Part shown: positions 25,332 through 34,665 of the stretch, piece after piece
Layout: each line of letters opens with the position of its first letter
Position numbering within the stretch: position 1 is the stretch's first letter
NCBI GenBank assembly: GCA_002778535.1
Contig: PFBP01000039.1
Coordinates: forward strand, 5,695-44,409
DNA: 38,715 nucleotides
Direction: 5' to 3'
DNA from: Candidatus Kuenenbacteria bacterium CG10_big_fil_rev_8_21_14_0_10_36_11
Lineage (GTDB): Bacteria > Patescibacteriota > Patescibacteriia > UBA2196
The notes under the pieces: generated by a model
Seen by the model: only the letters and a program-made list of their open reading frames with translations
What the model was told of the DNA's origin: nothing
Database searches by the model: none
Translations under genes and position numbers: made by a program

Positions 25332-26548
25332 AAAAATTTTGTTTGATCACTTCTGTTTTCGCGCCGTATAATAAGGGCGGAGCTGAAACAGTGGTTAATA
25401 ATATTGTGGCTGGTTTTAAAAAAGACAACCAGGATATTTTTGTTATTACCTCGGGCGAATTTCAAGGGCTTAAAAGTTTTTGGCCACGGAAATATTTGGA
25501 AAACGGCTTAACTATTTATCGTTTTTATCCTTTAAATATTTTTTCTTATCTCAATATCAATAATTATGGAAAAAAACATTTTTGGCGCTTAATTTGGCAC
25601 GGGTTTGATATGTTTAATTTACATTCTTATTTTATGATTAAGCGCATTTTAAAACAGGAAAAACCAGAGGTTGTAATGACGCACATGCTGAAAGGCATTG
25701 GCTACTTGACTTGTCGGGCTGTTAAAAGTTTGCGGATAAAAAATATTCATACTCTGCACGAGGTGCAATTAGCCACGCCCTCGGGCCTAATTTTAAAAGG
25801 CGAGGAAAATTCCTGGCAACATAATTTTTTTTTAACTAAGTTTTATCAATTATTTAATCGCTGGCTTTTTAAGAGTCCAGATATCATTATTTCTTCTTCC
25901 AAATTTCTTTTAGATTTTTATAACCAAAGAAATTTTTTTCCGCATTCAAAAAAAATTATTCTTACTAATCCTGTCAATATAAAAATACAGGATGATAAAA
26001 ACATAAAAGCAAAAGATTATAATAATTTTAATTTTCTATTTTTAGGACAGATTGAAAAATATAAAGGCGTTTTATTGCTTATCAATGTTTTTAAAAAAAT
26101 GTTAAAAGAAACATCAGGATTAGAAAAAAGAAAACTCATCATTGTTGGCGTTGGTTCAGCATTAAGAGAGGCTCAACAATTAGCCGGGAATAATTCACAG
26201 ATAGAATTTATGGGCTATGTGCCTAATCAGGAATTAGGCCAGATTTTTGCTTTAGCAGACGCCACAGTCGTGCCTTCGCTCTGTTATGAAAATTCGCCAA
26301 CAGTAATTTTTGAAAGTTTATCCTATGGTGTGCCAGTGCTCGCGGCCCGCATCGGCGGCATTGAATTTATTAAAGATGATTATAACGGTTTTACTTTTGA
26401 AGCCGGTGACGAAGCGGATTTGTTAAAAATTTTAAAATTTGTTTTGCAAAATAAAAACAGACTCGCTGAGCTTTCCTTAAATTGCTGCGAGTCGGTTAAA
26501 GAAATAGGCGTAGAAAATTATATTAAAAAACTTGAAGAATTGATTTAG
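25328..26548 (+). CDS. Family-4 (group 1) glycosyltransferase
   Basis: MKKFCLITSVFAPYNKGGAETVV...SPTVIFESLSYGVPVLAARIGG. ATG 25328 overlaps the upstream TGA in an ATGA arrangement, suggesting translational coupling. Confidence 0.8.
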   Translation: MKKFCLITSVFAPYNKGGAETVVNNIVAGFKKDNQDIFVITSGEFQGLKSFWPRKYLENGLTIYRFYPLNIFSYLNINNYGKKHFWRLIWHGFDMFNLHSYFMIKRILKQEKPEVVMTHMLKGIGYLTCRAVKSLRIKNIHTLHEVQLATPSGLILKGEENSWQHNFFLTKFYQLFNRWLFKSPDIIISSSKFLLDFYNQRNFFPHSKKIILTNPVNIKIQDDKNIKAKDYNNFNFLFLGQIEKYKGVLLLINVFKKMLKETSGLEKRKLIIVGVGSALREAQQLAGNNSQIEFMGYVPNQELGQIFALADATVVPSLCYENSPTVIFESLSYGVPVLAARIGGIEFIKDDYNGFTFEAGDEADLLKILKFVLQNKNRLAELSLNCCESVKEIGVENYIKKLEELI

Positions 26549-26560
26549 TAATTTTGTATT

Positions 26561-27928
26561 ATGAAAATTAATAAAACCAAAATTTACAAGACGGTCATTT
26601 TTATTTTTTTTGCTTTGTTGTTTATTTTTCGGCTTAATAATGCGTTGAATTACAATTCTTATTGGGGTTATGACGGGGCTAAGCACATGGAATATATTGA
26701 TACTATTGAAGATAAACACAGATTACCAACATTTGGAGAAAATTATTTGGCCTGGCATGAGCCATTATATTATTTTATTTTTGCTATTTTAGGTTTTATT
26801 TATAAATTTATTTCCGGTAATAACGATTTTATTTTAATGATTAAATTTTTACAGATTATTACCGCGTGCTTAGATGTTGTTTTTTTATTTATTTTTTATA
26901 AAACTATTGGTTATCTAACAAAAAGCAAATTTGTTAAATTGGCAACTTTATTGTCCGTTGGTTTTTTTACCCCCCTCATCATAGTTAATAATTATTTAAC
27001 CAACGAATTATTTTTATTTTGGTTAATAATTTTGTGTTTCTATTTTATTGTTAAATTTGAAATGATTGGTTGGAATTATTCAAAAATAATTTTATTATCA
27101 ATTCTATCTGCTTTAGCTTTATTAACCAAACTTTCAGCTTTGATTTTTATTAGTTCTTTGATAATTTGGTTTTTTTATCAAGCAATATATTTTAAAAAAA
27201 ATATGTATTTTAAATATTTGTTATTGTTTATTGGGATAGTGTTTGTTTTAAATTTACCTTGGCAAATTTATCGGGCTAAAAATTTTGGCGGCGTTTTAAC
27301 CATTAATAATTATGAATTTTTGCAAAAGAATAAACTGTCAAAAGCGAAAGATATTCCAGATAATTTCTTTTTTAATTTTAATTTTGATATTTTTAAAAAT
27401 CCGTTTTGGCAAACAAGTAGAAGTTCATTTTGGTCAATTATTTTTGCACAACTTTTGGTGGATTATGATAATATTGGCGGAAATGTTGATTTAAACAATC
27501 TCCGACAGGAAATAATGACAGGCAATGGTCGTTATATTTGCAACAAAATTTTTTCCTTTGCTAAATTTAATTTAGTTTTAGGAATATTTTTTATTTTAAC
27601 ATTATTATTTGGTTATTTTTCAGAAATAATAAAGATTATTAAAAATAAATTGTATCCAGATATTTATTCTTTTTTAGTGATATTTGTTACTATGTCTTTT
27701 TTAGGTTTGATATACAATGTAATAAAAAATCCCTTTATTGAAAGAGGAACTTTAAAAATTATTTTTATTTTATCTTCTTGGCCTTGGTTATTTTTTTTAG
27801 GTTATAAAAACATAGATGATATTTTACAAAACAAAAAATTAAAATATTGGTGGATTTTTATCGGCTTAATAATCGTTGTTTATAGTTATGTGTCTTTGAA
27901 TATTAATTGGGTGTCAAATTATCAATAA
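26561..27928 (+). CDS. Polytopic membrane protein, GT-C (ArnT/PMT-like) glycosyltransferase candidate
   Basis: About a dozen hydrophobic segments. The first-loop region YWGYDGAKHMEYI...WHEPLYYF resembles ArnT/PMT_2-type enzymes. Confidence 0.5.
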   Translation: MKINKTKIYKTVIFIFFALLFIFRLNNALNYNSYWGYDGAKHMEYIDTIEDKHRLPTFGENYLAWHEPLYYFIFAILGFIYKFISGNNDFILMIKFLQIITACLDVVFLFIFYKTIGYLTKSKFVKLATLLSVGFFTPLIIVNNYLTNELFLFWLIILCFYFIVKFEMIGWNYSKIILLSILSALALLTKLSALIFISSLIIWFFYQAIYFKKNMYFKYLLLFIGIVFVLNLPWQIYRAKNFGGVLTINNYEFLQKNKLSKAKDIPDNFFFNFNFDIFKNPFWQTSRSSFWSIIFAQLLVDYDNIGGNVDLNNLRQEIMTGNGRYICNKIFSFAKFNLVLGIFFILTLLFGYFSEIIKIIKNKLYPDIYSFLVIFVTMSFLGLIYNVIKNPFIERGTLKIIFILSSWPWLFFLGYKNIDDILQNKKLKYWWIFIGLIIVVYSYVSLNINWVSNYQ

Positions 27929-29505
27929 TATATTTTTTTAAGCAAGTAAAGTTTTATTTTTTTAAACAGGAAATAATTATAATATTCTTTTTCCGCAACT
28001 ATTTTATAATTTGGTAATTCTGAAAAAGAAATCATATATTCTCTCGTGTTTTTAGGAAATAATCTGTTAATATACCAGGGTCTTGTCAAATCAATTAAAA
28101 TCGGAATTTTTTTCATTATGTCGTAAGTGTATTGGCCATTAAGTTCATAACCGCCATCTATTTGATAAGAAAATTTATTTTTAGTTGTCTCTTGATAAAA
28201 ATAACTCCTGATTCTGTTCCAGTCCATATAATTTCTTTGAAGGGAAACGGAGAAGAAAGCAAAAAGTAATAAAAATGTTATTGGTAAAATAAAATCGTGA
28301 TTTGTTATTTTTTCTGTTTTTGTAGAGACTATTAAAATAAAAATTAACGGCAGTAATAACAAATAATAGCGGTCAAAACTTATAAAAACTAAAATAAGTG
28401 TTAATTGCAAAATAAAATTTATAAGAATAAACTTTAAAAAAGTATCAGCCAATATTTTTTTATAGTTAGTAATAAAAAACAAAATTAAAAAAACGCCGCC
28501 CAAAGAAGCTAATACATTAACTATAATTTTTAGTGTGTTCGTAAAAATAATTGGCGGCGTGCCAGACATTACTTCGGTGTTTGGCCCCAAACCAAAATTA
28601 TTAATGATGTTTTGATTATAAGGAAAATTTACACCAAGGAGATTATTAAAACTAAGCAGAAAAATAAAAAATATTAAAATTATAAAAAAAATTTTTTTTA
28701 TAAAAAAATTTTTCTGATAAATAAGTAATAATGGCAAAGAAAATAAACCTAAATATTGAATAGAATAAAAAAACCATTGGCAGGCATTTTTAAGTAAATT
28801 TTTTTCTAAAAGATGAGTTTGCCCTTCACTGATGTTTATATTGTTTTTAAATAAAATATAACCGAGCGCACAAAAAAATGTTGTTATTAAAATAGCGGTT
28901 AAAAAACTTTTTTGAAACATCACTTTTTTATGTGACAATAAGAAAATTAATATTAAAGAAATTAATAATAAAATACCGTTTTGTCTGATAAAAAAAGCTA
29001 TCACGATCGCTAAAAGACCACCCAAGAGATTAATATTTTTTAAGGTTTTAAAATATTTTGAAAATTGCCACAAAGAAAAAAGATAAAAAAATAAAAAAGG
29101 TATATCAGTTAAAAAAGTAAAAGAAGTGTTTATAAAAATCGGATTAAATAAAAATAAAAGACAGGCAAAAAGATTTATTTTTTTATCAACATTATTTTTT
29201 TCTAAAATTAAATACAAAAGAATTACAGCTGAAATTGAAAACAATAAAGTTGACAATCTCAAAAAGTTATAAGAAAAACCAGTAAAAAAGCTTATTATAA
29301 AACCATAAAAAGTTTGCGCGATTAAGATGGGGCCGGTAAACTCATAAAAATCTAATTTATGATCATACAACAAACTTTGAACAGTATGACCATAGACCCA
29401 GTCATCATTTAAAGGAAAATTCCCGTGTGGATTAACTAACAAAACAACCACCATAAAAATAGCAATAATAATTATTAAAGGTTTAAAGTAATTTTTCATA
29501 ATCAT
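27922..29505 (-). CDS. Polytopic membrane protein, GT-C (ArnT/PMT-like) glycosyltransferase candidate
   Basis: NFPLNDDWVYGH first-loop acidic motif followed by many TM helices. Its 3' end overlaps the convergent gene by 7 nt. Confidence 0.5.
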   Translation of the reverse strand: MIMKNYFKPLIIIIAIFMVVVLLVNPHGNFPLNDDWVYGHTVQSLLYDHKLDFYEFTGPILIAQTFYGFIISFFTGFSYNFLRLSTLLFSISAVILLYLILEKNNVDKKINLFACLLFLFNPIFINTSFTFLTDIPFLFFYLFSLWQFSKYFKTLKNINLLGGLLAIVIAFFIRQNGILLLISLILIFLLSHKKVMFQKSFLTAILITTFFCALGYILFKNNINISEGQTHLLEKNLLKNACQWFFYSIQYLGLFSLPLLLIYQKNFFIKKIFFIILIFFIFLLSFNNLLGVNFPYNQNIINNFGLGPNTEVMSGTPPIIFTNTLKIIVNVLASLGGVFLILFFITNYKKILADTFLKFILINFILQLTLILVFISFDRYYLLLLPLIFILIVSTKTEKITNHDFILPITFLLLFAFFSVSLQRNYMDWNRIRSYFYQETTKNKFSYQIDGGYELNGQYTYDIMKKIPILIDLTRPWYINRLFPKNTREYMISFSELPNYKIVAEKEYYNYFLFKKIKLYLLKKIYY

Positions 29506-29506
29506 G

Positions 29507-31693
29507 TTATTTCCTCACAAATTTAAACACCCACACTTTGCCATTTTCTAAATTCAATGTTTCATCAGCCACGGCCTCAAGCCGCGGTTTTATTTTTTTC
29601 AAATTAAACCAATAATCAGGCAGGTATAAATAGATGATATTGGCGCCAGTTAAATCCATGGCTTCTTTTGCCACTTGAGGGTCAATTAGCTCGTCATAAG
29701 CCATTTTAGCGTAGATCTTGTATAATTTTCCGCCAGTTGGAATTGAGTAAAAGAAATATTTATGGTCAAAATAGCGGAACCCGAACTCTGTCAAAGCCGC
29801 GGCGCCGATTTGTTGATTGGCTAAAACAACATAAGGTTCTTTGGTAATTTCATCAAGATATTTTACGGCCTGAAAATCATGGATTGAAGTATTAAACCCG
29901 CGATTTAACATATACACATCTTGCCGTGGATAGGAAAAATACAATGAAAAAGTTGCGCCTGCAGATATTATTAGAATTAATGTTGTCATTCCGACCCCAC
30001 TTTTCGCGAAAGGCGGGAGAGGAATCCAGTCGCACTTAATAATGTGTCTTATTATTTTCCACGCACCAAACATTGCCAAAGGTATTAAAAAATAAATTCC
30101 TAAATTAAAAATGCGCCAGCTAAAATCTCCGCGTTCATAATCAATTAAGAACGGGAAACTAATAAAAGAAAAAACAAAGAAAGAATTTATCAGTAGAATT
30201 ATAAAGATTTGCAAAAATATGTTGCTGCTATTTTTTAAATAGCCATTATACATTATACATAATACATTATTCATCTTGTGCCAGACATTGAACTTCCGCC
30301 AACCATAAACTGCTAATCCAATTATGACAACAAAAAGCATTACTGGCTGCCAAAGAAAATAAGCCACAGTTTTACAAAGATGAACAAAATTAGTGTTCAA
30401 GAATAAGTCTGGCGAGAAACGGAAAAGATTATGATAAAAATTTGTTAAATTAAAATTATTGGTTATTTCAATTTGGTTTAGAAGTGAGATTTTAGAAAAT
30501 GTGAAAAATACAAGTGGAAATAAAAATAAAAGTAATAAAGTAATAAAGTAATAAAGTATTTTTTTAATTTTGTTTTTTAAGAATAACAAGATGCAAAAAA
30601 TAAGCGCAGCTACGCCAGCTAATGGGTGGATAAATAAAATGGCTAAAGATAATAAAAAAAGTAATCCGTAATTGGTAATTGGTAATTGGTAATTGGTAAT
30701 TAGGAATTTAAAACCTAAAAACGCTATAACAATTACTAATAAATCTGCTAAATTTTGGGGCGTGGTAAAAGTAAAAATAGAGAAGGGAATCAGTAGAAAA
30801 ATGTATAATGTATTATGTATAATGTATAATGGGAAATTTAATTTTTTAAAAGCAGAAAAAATTGTCGCTGGCAATAATATTGAAGCTAATAAAGGTACTA
30901 AATTTTTATCAATTATAACATGAGAAATTTGGAAGATTTTGGTTAAAAAAATTACCAAAGAATATTGGCCTAAATAATAGAAATTTTTAGGCAAAATAAA
31001 ACCGAAATCCAAGATATGTTTTTCTGTGGCCTCATGAATAAACGGGTCATAGCCAAAGCCAAGCGGGAAAATAATATTGGCTAAGTTAAAAGAAAATAAT
31101 AAGTGCAAGCTGGTTAAAATTAAAGTGTAAATTGATTTTAATTTTGTGCTTAAATAAATTAGAACTGCGGTAGCTAAAAAATAAGCAATGAAAAAAGTTT
31201 TTGGCACAAAAATCCAAGGCGTGCGTACTGCTTCTAAAGTGGCACCTGATTTAAGCAAAAAATAAGCGGCGGATAAAAAAATTAAATAAAGCGCGGGTAA
31301 AAAGTAATTAATGATTAGTGATTGGTGATTAGTAATTTTTAAATCAAAAATTTTCAGTATTGATTTGTCTGTGACAAATGATTTTTTCCACTGAGATAGT
31401 AACAACAAAACACTGCTTACAAAGATAATGAAACTAGCCACTATTAAATCATTAAGTTTATAAAAATAATAAACCACAGTTAAAGCAATAATTGTAATTG
31501 ATAAAAATGTTAAGAAGCCAAACAGCCATTGCTCGCCAGAAAAATTGTTTTTAAACAAAATTTTACCTAATGAAAGACTGCTTAAAATAATAAAAATTAA
31601 ACCAAAAATAACCCCAAGAATAGCGGAGTGTATCAGTAAAATATTTAAGGTTAAAATCAGGGTTGAAACAAGATTTAAGGCAATTAATTTCAT
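29507..31693 (-). CDS. Large polytopic membrane protein with C-terminal soluble domain, unknown function (possibly GT-C-like)
   Basis: Uninterrupted 728-aa ORF with more than 15 hydrophobic segments. Its stop lies 1 nt from the start of the downstream gene, so the two look like an operon. It contains at least five in-frame repeat insertions. Confidence 0.6.
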   Translation of the reverse strand: MKLIALNLVSTLILTLNILLIHSAILGVIFGLIFIILSSLSLGKILFKNNFSGEQWLFGFLTFLSITIIALTVVYYFYKLNDLIVASFIIFVSSVLLLLSQWKKSFVTDKSILKIFDLKITNHQSLIINYFLPALYLIFLSAAYFLLKSGATLEAVRTPWIFVPKTFFIAYFLATAVLIYLSTKLKSIYTLILTSLHLLFSFNLANIIFPLGFGYDPFIHEATEKHILDFGFILPKNFYYLGQYSLVIFLTKIFQISHVIIDKNLVPLLASILLPATIFSAFKKLNFPLYIIHNTLYIFLLIPFSIFTFTTPQNLADLLVIVIAFLGFKFLITNYQLPITNYGLLFLLSLAILFIHPLAGVAALIFCILLFLKNKIKKILYYFITLLLLFLFPLVFFTFSKISLLNQIEITNNFNLTNFYHNLFRFSPDLFLNTNFVHLCKTVAYFLWQPVMLFVVIIGLAVYGWRKFNVWHKMNNVLCIMYNGYLKNSSNIFLQIFIILLINSFFVFSFISFPFLIDYERGDFSWRIFNLGIYFLIPLAMFGAWKIIRHIIKCDWIPLPPFAKSGVGMTTLILIISAGATFSLYFSYPRQDVYMLNRGFNTSIHDFQAVKYLDEITKEPYVVLANQQIGAAALTEFGFRYFDHKYFFYSIPTGGKLYKIYAKMAYDELIDPQVAKEAMDLTGANIIYLYLPDYWFNLKKIKPRLEAVADETLNLENGKVWVFKFVRK
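29983..30029. repeat. Degenerate family A element inside a CDS
   Basis: ttgtcattccgaccccacttttcgcgaaaggcgggagaggaatccag, translated on the minus strand as WIPLPPFAKSGVGMTT. Confidence 0.55.
30243..30274. repeat. Left arm of intragenic inverted repeat (7-nt-period cattata array)
   Basis: ccattatacattatacataatacattattcat matches the reverse complement of 30801..30832 at 31 of 32 positions (first 28 identical). Confidence 0.85.
30531..30558. repeat. 9-nt-period tandem array (agtaataaa x3)
   Basis: agtaataaagtaataaagtaataaagta, in frame and translated YYFITLL. Confidence 0.6.
30661..30709. repeat. 7-nt-period tandem array (gtaattg, 4 perfect plus 3 degenerate units) inside a CDS
   Basis: gtaatcc gtaattg x4 gtaatta ggaattt, translated on the minus strand as KFLITNYQLPITNYGLL. 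Confidence 0.85.
30801..30832. repeat. Right arm of intragenic inverted repeat
   Basis: atgtataatgtattatgtataatgtataatgg; see 30243..30274. Confidence 0.85.
31304..31338. repeat. Degenerate 7-nt-period array inside a CDS
   Basis: gtaatta atgatta gtgattg gtgatta gtaattt, translated KITNHQSLI. Confidence 0.65.
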
Positions 31694-31784
31694 GCTTGTA
31701 TTTTAAATGAAAAAAATAATTAAAGCAATTTTTTATTTTGTGCTATAATAAGATTGGAAATGATATTGTGGTGTGGATAAAATT

Positions 31785-34514
31785 ATGACAGAAATTTTAG
31801 TTAAAAAAAGAGGCCGGCCTAAAAAGCAGTTGTTAGAAAAAAAAGAATCCCCCTCAAAAAATATCCAAGAGAATTGGACAGATGATTTTGTGTTCCCAAT
31901 TTTTTCTGAAACTAAAAAAAGCATTAATCAAAAACAGTCGCCGTATATTTTGGATCTTAAACATCAACAAGAAAAAAAAGAAGTAAAAAATTTGCCAGCC
32001 GCGCCAGTTTTTAATCCTGACAATTGGTTTAGCAATTTTCCAGTTGCCAGCGACAACCGCGCTTCAGATTTAGAAAACTTAGGTTATCATCATTATCATA
32101 AAAATAATTTTGATTCACCCGCTGAACCAAGCCATTATGAACAAAAAATAACTTATCACCGGCCTGATAAATATAGATATAAAAATAATTTGAAGCTTAA
32201 TCTAAGCCAGGGACTCATGGCTAACGCGCCGCAAGCTTCCGGAATCTTACTATTTTTTAAGAAATTTTTTGTTTTCAGAATCATGGGTTTTATTTTGTAT
32301 TATTTCTGGCAAATCATTGCTTTTCCTTTTAGGATGTTGGATTTTTTAGTTGACCGCACCCTAAAAGCAATTTGGCATCTTATCAAAGGAATTTTTTTGG
32401 GAATCATTAATTTGTTTATTTTGACTTTGGTTAATTTTAAAAAACTTTTCATGCTTGGTTTGCCAGCCAGGCATTCCGAGGTTAATTTTTCTTTATCGCG
32501 CCCGTCCAAAAGAATTTTTAAACCATTAGTTACATTCTTTTTAGCCGCCTTAATAATTATTATTCCTTTTCAAATTATTAATCTCAAACAAAAATCAACT
32601 CTTATTAAAGGCCAAGTCCTTGGCCAATCACTGGCCGGTTTTGAAGCTTTGAAAGAAGCGTCGTTAAAAAGCAATGATTTTGATTTTTCCGGCGCCGCGG
32701 CCGCTTTTGAACAGGCATATTTTAATTTTTCTTTAGCAGAAAGTTATCTTAATAATTTAGACGGTTTTAGCCAAGAAGTTTTGCGCTTTTTGCCAGCTGG
32801 AAAAAACGGGGAAAATTTAATTATAATTGGCCAGTTGTCAGCCAAAATTGGCGCTGATATTACTGAGCTTGGAAAAGATATAGATAATCAGGAATCTGGG
32901 GCTGGCCTTTTGAACAAGGTAATAGCTATGCAAAACGCATTGAATAAAATAGAGCCGAATTTTTTAGAATTAAAAAATCGAGTCCAGGATATTGACCAAG
33001 AATTTGTTGCCCAATATTTAGATGAGACAGCCGAGAAAAGAATAATTTTATTCCAATCTGCTTTGCCGGCTCTGGCTGATAATTTTGAAAAGATAAAAGG
33101 TCTCACTGATTTTTTAGCGAATTTTTTAGGACTTAATGAAACGAAAAATTATTTGTTTATTTTTGAGAATAATAATGAAATCAGGCCGACTGGTGGCTTT
33201 ATGGGTTCTTTTGCTTTGGCAGAAATTAAAAACGGCGAAATTGCGCGTCTTGAGGTGCCGGGCGGCGGTTTTTATGATTTGAAAGCAGGTAATCAAATTT
33301 TGGTTGAAGCGCCAAAGCCGTTTCAATTGTTCGCGCCGACCTGGCAGATTTGGAATGCTAATTGGTTCCCTGATTGGCCAGCATCAGCGGAAAAAATTGC
33401 CTGGTTTTATGAAAAATCAGTTAATGGCATCACAGTTGACGGAGTGATTACTTTGACCCCAAATGTGCTGGAAGATTTATTAAAAATAACCGGTCCGATT
33501 AAAATGCCGACATACAATAAAATTATTAGCTCGGAAAATTTGGTCAGGGAATTGCAAGAAGCAGTGGAATTGGAATATGATAAAACAGAAAATCAGCCTA
33601 AAAAAATTATCAGCGATCTGATGCCAATGATTTTAGCTAAGATTTTTAATTTAAAAACAAACGAAGCCATGCCGTTTCTGGCTTTGATCAATAAAAATGT
33701 GGCAGAAAAAAATATTTTGCTTTGGTTTAGAGATGAGGCAATGGAGCAAGTGGCGCAAAATTTTTCCGCGGCTGGACAAATTAAAAATAACGACAAGGAC
33801 TTTTTAATGGTTGTGCACACAAACATTGGCGGCGGTAAAACCGACCGCGTGATAAAAAACAAAATCAATCATGAAGTAAATATCGGACTGAATGGCAAAA
33901 TAACTGATATGGTAACTTTAACAAGAAAACATGAGGGAGACCCAGATGATATTTTTGAAAAACAAAATAATGTGGATTATGTGAGATTTTATGTGCCAGC
34001 CGGGAGCAGGTTGATTTCTGCTAATGGCTTTGATGTAATAAATTCAAATTTATTTAAAACGCCTGATTCTGATGATATCTCAAAAGATAAAGATTTGGCA
34101 GACATAGAAAAAAATCCAATGATTGATGAAAATTCTAACACGAGAATTACAGAAGAATTCAATAAAACTGTTTTTGGTAATTGGCTCATGGTTAAGCCTG
34201 GCGAGGAAAAAACTGTTATTTTAACTTATGAATTGCCTTTTAAATTTTCAATTGAAAAAAAAGATAATTTCTGGCAGAAAATTACCGCGGTTTTTAATAG
34301 AGAAAATAAAAATTCTGAAACTGAAAATTATAGTTTGATTATTCAAAAACAGCCGGGTGTCATGGAAACAGAATTTACAAGCAGAATAAGTTTGCTGCCT
34401 GGCAGCCAGGTTGAAAATATGAATGGCAAGAATAATCTGGAAAATAATAACGGCGCGATTATTTATCAAGATGATTTAAAAACAGACGGGTATTATGAAA
34501 TTGAGGTGAAATAA
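31785..34514 (+). CDS. DUF4012-domain membrane protein with N-terminal AT-hook-like motif
   Basis: NNNEIRPTGGFMGSFA is the DUF4012 signature. TM segments lie at about aa 150-270. ATG 31785 (MTEILVKKRGRPKK) is preferred to GTG 31773. Confidence 0.75.
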   Translation: MTEILVKKRGRPKKQLLEKKESPSKNIQENWTDDFVFPIFSETKKSINQKQSPYILDLKHQQEKKEVKNLPAAPVFNPDNWFSNFPVASDNRASDLENLGYHHYHKNNFDSPAEPSHYEQKITYHRPDKYRYKNNLKLNLSQGLMANAPQASGILLFFKKFFVFRIMGFILYYFWQIIAFPFRMLDFLVDRTLKAIWHLIKGIFLGIINLFILTLVNFKKLFMLGLPARHSEVNFSLSRPSKRIFKPLVTFFLAALIIIIPFQIINLKQKSTLIKGQVLGQSLAGFEALKEASLKSNDFDFSGAAAAFEQAYFNFSLAESYLNNLDGFSQEVLRFLPAGKNGENLIIIGQLSAKIGADITELGKDIDNQESGAGLLNKVIAMQNALNKIEPNFLELKNRVQDIDQEFVAQYLDETAEKRIILFQSALPALADNFEKIKGLTDFLANFLGLNETKNYLFIFENNNEIRPTGGFMGSFALAEIKNGEIARLEVPGGGFYDLKAGNQILVEAPKPFQLFAPTWQIWNANWFPDWPASAEKIAWFYEKSVNGITVDGVITLTPNVLEDLLKITGPIKMPTYNKIISSENLVRELQEAVELEYDKTENQPKKIISDLMPMILAKIFNLKTNEAMPFLALINKNVAEKNILLWFRDEAMEQVAQNFSAAGQIKNNDKDFLMVVHTNIGGGKTDRVIKNKINHEVNIGLNGKITDMVTLTRKHEGDPDDIFEKQNNVDYVRFYVPAGSRLISANGFDVINSNLFKTPDSDDISKDKDLADIEKNPMIDENSNTRITEEFNKTVFGNWLMVKPGEEKTVILTYELPFKFSIEKKDNFWQKITAVFNRENKNSETENYSLIIQKQPGVMETEFTSRISLLPGSQVENMNGKNNLENNNGAIIYQDDLKTDGYYEIEVK

Positions 34515-34665
34515 ATTGCGGGAAAACATTTATGCTTGACTTTTTTAGGCGAGTTTGATAATCTGCTCTGAAACAATAAAGCACTTTGTCCTTCACATAA
34601 ATACACAAGAGCCATCAATCGGCTCTGTTTTTTTTCTTAAAAATCAATGGTATAATGGAGCTATT

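Noticed and set aside
30693-30923. Plus-strand 76-aa ORF inside the 728-aa membrane-protein gene as an alternative product of the invertible-looking segment.
   Set aside because: It is composed largely of repeat-array translation (MYNVLCIMYNG). It spans the right repeat arm rather than lying within the segment, and it has no start context. It is probably a shadow ORF.
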